In this document: piece after piece, positions 25,469 through 32,000 of the stretch | How the letters are laid out: every line of letters starts with the position of its first letter | How positions within the stretch are numbered: the stretch's first letter is position 1 | NCBI RefSeq assembly: GCF_000018105.1 | Contig: NC_009925.1 | Span: forward strand, 6,240,001-6,272,000 | Reading direction: 5' to 3' | Source of the DNA: Acaryochloris marina MBIC11017 | Lineage (GTDB): Bacteria; Cyanobacteriota; Cyanobacteriia; Thermosynechococcales; Thermosynechococcaceae | DNA: 32,000 nt | Notes under the pieces: model-generated | Told to the model about the DNA's origin: nothing | The model's input: only the letters and a program-made list of their open reading frames with translations | Databases searched by the model: none | Program-made: the position numbers and the translations under genes

Positions 25469-26653
25469 ATGAAGTCCTCTAACATTGAGAGTATAAAATC
25501 CTCCCATTGCTGGAAAATAATTGTTGTTGATGATAAGGAACAAGTTCATGCCGTTACTCGTCTGGCACTCCAAAATTTTCAATATAAGCACAAATCTCTA
25601 GAGCTTATTTCAGCCTATTCTAGTAGTGAAGGGCAACAACTATTAGAGCAAAATCCAGATACAGCCGTGCTGTTGCTGGATATAGTCATGGAAAGAGAAG
25701 AGGCTGGTTTAGATCTAGTTAAATATACTCGTGAGAAACTGCATAATCGGTTTATTCGTATAATTCTACGGACAGGTCAACCATGGATTGCTCCCGAACA
25801 GTCCATTATTGAAGAATATGACATCAATGGGTATATTTTAAAGACTGAATTAACCCAGCACAAACTCTTTTGTTTTCTATTAACAGCAATTCGAAACTAT
25901 CACAACTTACTGACTGTAGAAGAGGCTCGTCAGCATATATCTGCCCAAAACAAAGCACTAGAGAACTCTAATCTCATTTTGGAAAAGAAGGTGCAAGAGT
26001 ATACCCAGATATTACAAAAACAAACTTTAGCACTTGTCGAAAATAATAAAAAGCTCGAATTAGAAGTTCAGGCTAAGCTCCATGCTCAACAAAATCTAGA
26101 AATAATCAATGAAAAGCTTTTTGAGGCGAATAAGAAGCTCTCCCTACTTGCCAACCAAGATGCATTGACAGGTTTGGCTAATCGTCGTTATTTCGATGTG
26201 TATTTGCAACAAGTTTGGGAATCTGCTCAAGAAAACAAGCATCCATTGAGTATATTGATTTGTGATATTGATTTTTTTAAGGGTTATAACGATAGTTATG
26301 GACATCCAGAGGGTGATCATTGCCTTCAAAGGGTCTCCCAAATCATTCACCGAGTTGCTGGGAAATCCGAGGGCTTCGCTGCACGCTTTGGTGGTGAAGA
26401 GTTTGCTATGGTTCTACCCAATACCAACCTCATAGATAGTCAAACAATAGCTGGTAAGTTAAGGTCAGAGATTCACAACGCTCGTCTCCCTCATCGAGCT
26501 TCAACAGTTAGTGAGTATGTAACAGTGAGTATTGGTGTGACCTCAATACAATTTCAGTCAGATGGATCAATAAATGACTTGATCCATCGGGCAGATCAGG
26601 CCCTCTATGGAGCTAAAAAACTAGGACGCAACCAGTTCGTTACCCTTCACTAG
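25469..26653 (+). CDS. Response-regulator receiver - coiled coil - GGDEF diguanylate cyclase
   Basis: REC domain: VVDDKEQ, LLLDIVM, ILRTGQP, GYILKT. A long coiled-coil linker follows. GGDEF domain: DALTGLANRR, ICDIDFFKGYND, RFGGEEFAMVLP. Confidence 0.9.
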   Translation: MKSSNIESIKSSHCWKIIVVDDKEQVHAVTRLALQNFQYKHKSLELISAYSSSEGQQLLEQNPDTAVLLLDIVMEREEAGLDLVKYTREKLHNRFIRIILRTGQPWIAPEQSIIEEYDINGYILKTELTQHKLFCFLLTAIRNYHNLLTVEEARQHISAQNKALENSNLILEKKVQEYTQILQKQTLALVENNKKLELEVQAKLHAQQNLEIINEKLFEANKKLSLLANQDALTGLANRRYFDVYLQQVWESAQENKHPLSILICDIDFFKGYNDSYGHPEGDHCLQRVSQIIHRVAGKSEGFAARFGGEEFAMVLPNTNLIDSQTIAGKLRSEIHNARLPHRASTVSEYVTVSIGVTSIQFQSDGSINDLIHRADQALYGAKKLGRNQFVTLH

Positions 26654-26955
26654 AATCTAGAAGGTAACCCAATTGAAAAGTTACTAACTGAATCTCCTTG
26701 TTTAACATTCCTACTCCCACCACCTCTCCCTAAAGGTCTTTCTGATTATCTTCAGGCAATCCCTCCGCTAACTGGTCATAGACAGTAAAAACTTGAGTGA
26801 CAATGAAGCATAAAAACTATGGCATGCCCTGAATCCCTGGAGCTGGGAGTTCCAGCAGTTCAACCTCAGAGATATGTTGGCTTCGCTGCTGTTTGTTGCC
26901 TTCACGAAGCCAGACAACAGCAGAACTGGTACAACCTTGCCGCGCTGATATGATC

Positions 26956-28629
26956 TCATCTACCTACCCTTAATTGTTCAGCCACATGGAATCCTAAGAG
27001 ATAAGCGGTCATTTGCGGACTGACACGAGGTAGGGGTACCGAGGATAAATCTGCAACATGTACATTATGGGTTCCGGATACTTTGCCAGTATCTTCTGGG
27101 TTGTCTAGGCCCTTGTCGAGTACTGATCCGTAGAGACATCCTCCAGCTAAATGCTGCTCGGTTAGTAGAAATTTTCGACTATAGGTTTCGACATAATTAT
27201 CGACTTGACCTTTGGTATAGGGAATCCGAGTTAGACATCGGAGCAGACATTTCACAAACCAGTGAGGCTGATAACCAAGTTCATTCAAAAAGTCTATATG
27301 GTCCTTGATTACAGTTTTGGCAACTTCTTTATCCTGATTAAAATTAGTGTTCGGATCTGGGGCGAAGAAATCTAGAGTAATTCGTGAACTATCTTTGACG
27401 TAATATCCTGCTGAACGGGGTTTGAACTTCAGAATAGCAGTGACAAGCTCCAACTCTTGCTGGCTCGGTTTGCCTGTGAGGCCATTCCACACAATCCTCA
27501 CTCTATTGATGAAAAAGGCGACAATCTGGATCAAAATTCGTACTGCATTCTTGGTAAAGGTGAAGAGCTTCGGATATTTAATTACCTTTCGTTTGAGACA
27601 ATTTGGTAAAAGTAGAGCCAGAAATAGATGAGAGACCAGAAAAATAAGGCGATCAAAATCACCAGCAAAGAAGTCAAAGGTGCAAACAGTCGCTTCAGAA
27701 TCTGGATCGTCTCTCCATAAAGTCGTCGCAAACACAGGAACATAGTTATCCTTAGGAGTGGTGACAATCCCTTCTTTAGGTATGTAGAGTCCCAATGGTA
27801 AAAGGATATGGTCGCTTACATGATGACCAATTTCGCCCTGACCCGTTTTTTCTCTGTAGGGTTGTAATAGGCGAGGGGTTGCCGCTCCAGCACAAAGAAT
27901 GACTTTACAAGTCTCCTTTAGGGAAATACATTCAGAGGTTTCATCAACAAGATTTTTAACATGGACTGCGCTACACCTTAACTCGCCCGAATCAGTCGCC
28001 TCAAAATCCAGGTGTTGAACGCGACACTGGGTTCTTAGAACGATCCGGTCATCAAACCAATTAACGATGGAAACACCACTATGGGTGCGCTGACCAAATG
28101 GGTTGAAGAGAGAGGGAAAAAGGTGGAGGAGCTTCTCATCTTGTTCTGGGTGATTCGGAATATTTTCAAATTCGTCATTACTTTCCCGAAATCCAGCTTT
28201 TGTAGCTATCTTCAGCACATGTTGGGTTATCGGAGAGAGATCTTCTCTTGGGTCATCTCGGTTAAATTTGTAATTCAACTTTTGTTTTAGATCCTGCCAA
28301 TATCCAACAGGTTGACCCACATGAGCTGACAACCATTCGGACGATTCATGTATCATCGTGTAGTTAATCGACCCACCACCACCCATCGTGCAGGCTCTTC
28401 CAGAAATAATCGGTATGCCATTGGGGGTTTGAGTATTATGCAGCTTAAAGATTTTACCTTCAGAAAAGGATTTAAGCCAATTTAGCTGATGGGCAATATC
28501 ACTACTGTAGAAAAAATCCTCTCCTTCTTCCAAAACCAGAACTTTACCTTTAGCTTGGGAGTCCAAATAACGGCTGAGAAACCCACAGGCCCCATTACCA
28601 GAACCAACCACAATATATTCGAACTCCAT
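26956..28629 (-). CDS. GMC-family FAD-dependent oxidoreductase
   Basis: N-terminal YIVVGSGNGACGF (GxGxxG), CTMGGGGSINYTM, and C-terminal HLAGGC...HNVHVADLSSVPLPRVSPQMTAYLLGFHVAE. An unusual hydrophobic segment lies in the middle. Confidence 0.7.
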   Translation of the reverse strand: MEFEYIVVGSGNGACGFLSRYLDSQAKGKVLVLEEGEDFFYSSDIAHQLNWLKSFSEGKIFKLHNTQTPNGIPIISGRACTMGGGGSINYTMIHESSEWLSAHVGQPVGYWQDLKQKLNYKFNRDDPREDLSPITQHVLKIATKAGFRESNDEFENIPNHPEQDEKLLHLFPSLFNPFGQRTHSGVSIVNWFDDRIVLRTQCRVQHLDFEATDSGELRCSAVHVKNLVDETSECISLKETCKVILCAGAATPRLLQPYREKTGQGEIGHHVSDHILLPLGLYIPKEGIVTTPKDNYVPVFATTLWRDDPDSEATVCTFDFFAGDFDRLIFLVSHLFLALLLPNCLKRKVIKYPKLFTFTKNAVRILIQIVAFFINRVRIVWNGLTGKPSQQELELVTAILKFKPRSAGYYVKDSSRITLDFFAPDPNTNFNQDKEVAKTVIKDHIDFLNELGYQPHWFVKCLLRCLTRIPYTKGQVDNYVETYSRKFLLTEQHLAGGCLYGSVLDKGLDNPEDTGKVSGTHNVHVADLSSVPLPRVSPQMTAYLLGFHVAEQLRVGR

Positions 28630-28884
28630 CCTTGCCTCCCTAGGCTATAGCTATGTTTCAATAACAGCGCGAAATCAATATCGATATTGCGGTTAAAGTT
28701 TTGCTATTTAAAATCTATTTTAAGCCGCATAAAATAAAATAAGTGAGCTAAAAGGGGAGCGTTAAGAATTTAAAGTTACCCATCGATTCTCTCCAAAATT
28801 ATGGCCAAAAATTTATAATCAGAATTATCACAAATCTACTACAGAATATTTATACTCACCTTCCTTGACCTCTATATGTGGTCA

Positions 28885-29733
28885 CTAAATTTTTCTTCTG
28901 AGTTTTTTTAGAAACTCTAAAGTTGTTTCTGCTGTAGCTTCTTTTATAGCGCTGAAATCGCAGGGAGCCAGATGACCACCTGATAAAACAGAAAAAACAG
29001 CAGGTCGGATATTGTCTTTTAGCCAAAGGATCGTATCTCTAGCAATATTGTCTGCTTTATAAGAGACAATACCCTCTAAGTTAAACAAATTACTATTGTG
29101 AATAAGACAATGAGTCTCTTCCACATTAGGTTTTACATCCAGTCCAATCCTTTTTATCAAATCAGCGAGAAATCTAATTGGTACAGCACTTTCAATTCCT
29201 GTAATTGCAGGAGCTAATAGAACAGAAGGCTGGTTTTTAATAGAAATATCAGCTAAATCTGTCTTACCTAAACTAGATTGGATCTGCTTAAGCTGATTTT
29301 CACCTACACATTTTCCAAGTGACTTGCTAAAACCTCTGGTTTCAAGATCTGCTAGCAACTCTAGTAAAGCAATATACTTACAGCCAACACTATGGCCGAC
29401 CCAAAAGTAATTTGCTTTTCTGGATTTAGGATCCTCATTATATATTGAGAAATCATATCCTAGTTTTTCAGCTCTTTTCTTGATAGCAGCTACCACCCGA
29501 ATACGCTTCTTCACTAACTTAATAGCAACTTTCCAATGGTTTGAAGTAAATTGATAGGGAGTCGCTATTACAGTATATCCAGAATCGAAAAGTTGTCTTA
29601 GCAAATGACGATAGAATATGCTAGGGAAGCTTCCAAAAAAGATGCCTCCAATAACCTGAACAACACCAATTGGGTTAGGATGGATGCTCACCCATGAGAA
29701 TCCAATTGGTCTTAACTTAAATTTTGCATCCAT
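28885..29733 (-). CDS. DUF1350-like alpha/beta hydrolase-fold protein
   Basis: WVSIHPNPIGVVQVIGGIFFGSFPSIFYRHLLRQLFDSGYTVIATPY follows the DUF1350 pattern, and GHSVG is a nucleophile-elbow motif. ATG at 29733 follows GGAG. The track start at 29745 is a TTG. Confidence 0.7.
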   Translation of the reverse strand: MDAKFKLRPIGFSWVSIHPNPIGVVQVIGGIFFGSFPSIFYRHLLRQLFDSGYTVIATPYQFTSNHWKVAIKLVKKRIRVVAAIKKRAEKLGYDFSIYNEDPKSRKANYFWVGHSVGCKYIALLELLADLETRGFSKSLGKCVGENQLKQIQSSLGKTDLADISIKNQPSVLLAPAITGIESAVPIRFLADLIKRIGLDVKPNVEETHCLIHNSNLFNLEGIVSYKADNIARDTILWLKDNIRPAVFSVLSGGHLAPCDFSAIKEATAETTLEFLKKLRRKI

Positions 29734-30114
29734 TTTGTTCTCCAATTTTTATAACTTTTATTGGATTAAATATATATAGTCTGCAACTATTACACAGTTA
29801 CCAATTATTGATCTGTTGAAGTACAATGCATCGCATAGTGGATTTACTGTTTAATATTTACTTTGATCTTTTACTAGAATTACACCTGGCTGCATACATT
29901 TAATATGATAATGAAGACGTACTAAATCCTCTTCTAGGATATAGAATTTATCTATAAATAATATTTTGATGCTTTGAAGGTAGATGGTCTATATGTAAAC
30001 TAATCAGGTTGGTTATATACAAATTACGACAAAGGAAATATATCTTAAATATTTCAGATTTCTAATGAAAATTAGCTTTAGATAAAAAGATTTTTTACTG
30101 CGGCATAAATTTAC

Positions 30115-30228
30115 TAGACCTCTTGCATAATTCAGCTACTGATATGGTAGAAGACTAAAAATTCAAGTCAAATCGCGGCATGAATTGAGCGCACAACACA
30201 TCATGAAGTGAATATTGCAAGAGGTCTA
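30115..30228. repeat. Perfect 13-bp inverted repeat TAGACCTCTTGCA / TGCAAGAGGTCTA flanking 88 bp
   Basis: Read directly: 30115-30127 and 30216-30228. It lies 7 nt from the 3' end of the recombinase remnant. Confidence 0.7.
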
Positions 30229-30234
30229 CTGAAA

Positions 30235-30640
30235 CTACAACCTACCCCACTGAAATTCCCCCAACCGCTTCGAATTCAGCTTCATATATGTCACTGTATG
30301 CTGAATATTTAGATGCCCCAACCAATCTTGAAGCAACATTGTATCCAACCCCTGATTCGACAGGTGATAACCACAGCTACGGCGCAACTGGGGATTAAGT
30401 GTCATTCCCAGTTGCGCCAACTCCCCACAGCGATTGATCAGACTTGTCAACGCATAGCACTTAATCTGATCCCTCCTCCGACAAATCTGACAGCACCCCC
30501 GTCACCCCTTCCAGAAGAACCTTCCGGTTATCGTCGTACCACATCACCATTTCTGGCTTCACTTGGCGTGGGAGCTGCTTCACTGCCCGGACATACCCCA
30601 CCTACCTGAGGAATCCACCACCGCAGTATTTAAACCTCGT
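30235..30640 (-). pseudogene. Remnant of a FimB/FimE-like tyrosine recombinase
   Basis: The 71-aa ORF ends ...PQLRRSCGYHLSNQGLDTMLLQDWLGHLNIQHTVTYMKL, which is box II with both His of the HxLRH motif substituted. The upstream frame is broken by several stops yet still reads ILRWW... Confidence 0.6.
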
Positions 30641-30661
30641 CGATGCGTGGCGTTAAAAGTT

Positions 30662-31027
30662 TTATTTTCGATTCTTAAGATATGACCTTTTCGATTTTAT
30701 TTTTTTATTCTCAAAGGTAAACACATCGCAGCCATCCACCTTAATTTTTGTACCATCTTTTGTTGTACCGACAATTGTCCACTCTGAGCAGCCATAGTTA
30801 TCTTGTGAGAAATGGATTGCGTTTTCAAATCTTACATTTGGAATATCTGTCCATACTTCAATGAATCGTGCCCTCACAGCATCATGACCTTCATAACTGG
30901 TGCCAAATCTCTCGGGTCCACCTCCAGGTTCGAAAACACAATCTTCTGTCATGAACTTCATGATTTTATCGATATCATGCTCGTTCCAGGCATCACTGTA
31001 CTCTTGTAGTTCTTTCGAATTCATCAC
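30662..31027 (-). CDS. SnoaL-like / NTF2-fold protein
   Basis: YSDAWNEHDIDKIMKFMTEDCVFE...GHDAVRARFIEVW...CDVFTFENKKI is typical of SnoaL-like (ketosteroid isomerase-like) domains. Confidence 0.8.
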   Translation of the reverse strand: MMNSKELQEYSDAWNEHDIDKIMKFMTEDCVFEPGGGPERFGTSYEGHDAVRARFIEVWTDIPNVRFENAIHFSQDNYGCSEWTIVGTTKDGTKIKVDGCDVFTFENKKIKSKRSYLKNRK

Positions 31028-31347
31028 TCTTTAGAAGTACTCATAACATCCACAATCACTGGGCTAAAAAGAGTGATTGTCCATTTAAAATACTCCTAAC
31101 TTGGCGGCTCTAATTAATAAGGGTGATTAAGATTAGAGGAAGTCGTGTAAATTGGAACTTCCAGCTTATCAAACACTTTTTCTGATCCAGAGAGGACACC
31201 CCACCCCCCCAACCTGTCTTAAACGGTCTTGTTGTATGGGGCGAATATACATGCTCTTTGTTTCAAAAGACCTCCTAACGAGGTCAAAGTATTGGAAGTT
31301 CGTGGATTTGATCTAAATTAGGCAGTAAGATCGAGCTTATTGAGAAT

Positions 31348-32000
31348 TTATCCACCCGAGCTATTGAGCCGATAGCCCATCCCTCTGACCGTCTCAATGT
31401 ATTGACTACCGAACTTTCGCCGTAAATGTCGTATGTAGACCTCGATGATATTGGAGCCTGGATCGTAGTCGTAACCCCAAACTCGATTTAGAAGCTGCTC
31501 TTTACTCATCACCTGCATCGGATGCCGCAGAAGCACTTCCGCCAAAATAAATTCTTTCGCCGACAACTCCACCACGCGATTACCCACCCAAGCTTGCCGT
31601 GTCAATAAATCTAGCGATAGATTGCCGACCTGTAAGTGTGTCTCGGAAGGAGGTTGTGCCCCAATGCGACGATCGCGCAGTTGCACCTTTATACGGGCCA
31701 ATAACTCTTCAAAGCGAAAGGGCTTGGTCATATAGTCATTCGCGCCTCTTTCCAGAGCCTGAACGGTGTCATCTACACCATCCCTAGCAGTAAGGACGAT
31801 GATAGGCAGCAATTCACCTTGCCCCCGAATCTCCCGCAATACAGTGAGGCCATCCTTTCTAGGCAAACCTAAATCTAAGATAAGCAGGTCAAACTGATCA
31901 CTACAGGCCAAATTGGCAGCCTGGCCACCGTCTTCTGCCACCAGAGCTGTGAATCCATGGGCCTTGAGACCAGCCTTCAAAAAGTCAACAATGTGCGGGT
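31348..32000 (-). CDS. OmpR-family two-component response regulator (5' end beyond the window)
   Basis: Receiver domain: LLILDLGLP, IIVLTARD, ANDYMTKPF. Winged-helix domain: LSAKEFILAEVLL...VWGYDYDPGSNIIEVYIRHLRRKF...VRGMGYRL. The frame stays open to position 32000. Confidence 0.9.
   Translation of the reverse strand, partial: PHIVDFLKAGLKAHGFTALVAEDGGQAANLACSDQFDLLILDLGLPRKDGLTVLREIRGQGELLPIIVLTARDGVDDTVQALERGANDYMTKPFRFEELLARIKVQLRDRRIGAQPPSETHLQVGNLSLDLLTRQAWVGNRVVELSAKEFILAEVLLRHPMQVMSKEQLLNRVWGYDYDPGSNIIEVYIRHLRRKFGSQYIETVRGMGYRLNSSGG

Noticed and set aside
26768-26959. 63-codon ORF overlapping the GMC oxidoreductase stop by ATGA
   Set aside because: The product looks non-protein-like and no family is recognisable. 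It is mentioned under the oxidoreductase finding only.
30313-30609. Plus-strand Pro-rich 98-aa ORF
   Set aside because: It is antisense to the recombinase remnant and its composition is typical of a shadow frame.
1-32000. Scan for CRISPR arrays, tRNA or rRNA genes and long tandem repeats
   Set aside because: I saw no regularly spaced direct repeats, no tRNA-like cloverleaf candidates and no rRNA-like conserved blocks. This was an unaided visual scan, so small RNAs could have been missed.

Overview
This window is a mosaic accessory region, most likely from a cyanobacterial plasmid or genomic island. Supporting the origin: three exact HIP1 palindromes GCGATCGC at 9098, 16798 and 20584, a cyAbrB-type regulator, a DUF1350 protein and a group-2-like sigma factor. 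No rRNA, tRNA or CRISPR array was seen.

Three mobile elements are present:
- An IS5/IS1182-type element (~3.65-5.4 kb) sits just upstream of a sigma-70 gene.
- A complete Tn3-family transposon spans 9300-14192. It has ~79-bp terminal inverted repeats, tnpA, an XRE/zinc-ribbon gene and a tyrosine recombinase, but no 5-bp target duplication.
- An intact ISL3 element spans 23505-24889 with a perfect 8-bp target duplication. It lies inside a decayed tyrosine-recombinase gene.

Several further gene relics exist: a second recombinase fragment, a FimB/E-like recombinase remnant, a PD-(D/E)XK nuclease fragment, and a decayed copy of a small RHH plus coiled-coil cassette.

Other content:
- A regulator cluster of sigma factor, HU and cyAbrB.
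- A same-strand array led by an ArdC-like gene and ending in DUF4326-HNH. It resembles plasmid leading-region or anti-defence cargo and is split by the Tn3 element.
- A Cas4-like PD-(D/E)XK nuclease.
- A REC-GGDEF diguanylate cyclase close to a protein carrying an MshEN-type c-di-GMP-binding motif.
- Two visibly AT-richer islands (~17.5-20.3 kb and ~25.2-30.2 kb). They encode a signal-peptide-bearing hyper-cationic peptide, membrane and CDF-like proteins, a GMC oxidoreductase and a DUF1350 hydrolase.
- A SnoaL-like protein and a partial OmpR-family response regulator at the right edge.

All family calls come from motif recognition by eye. No searches were run.
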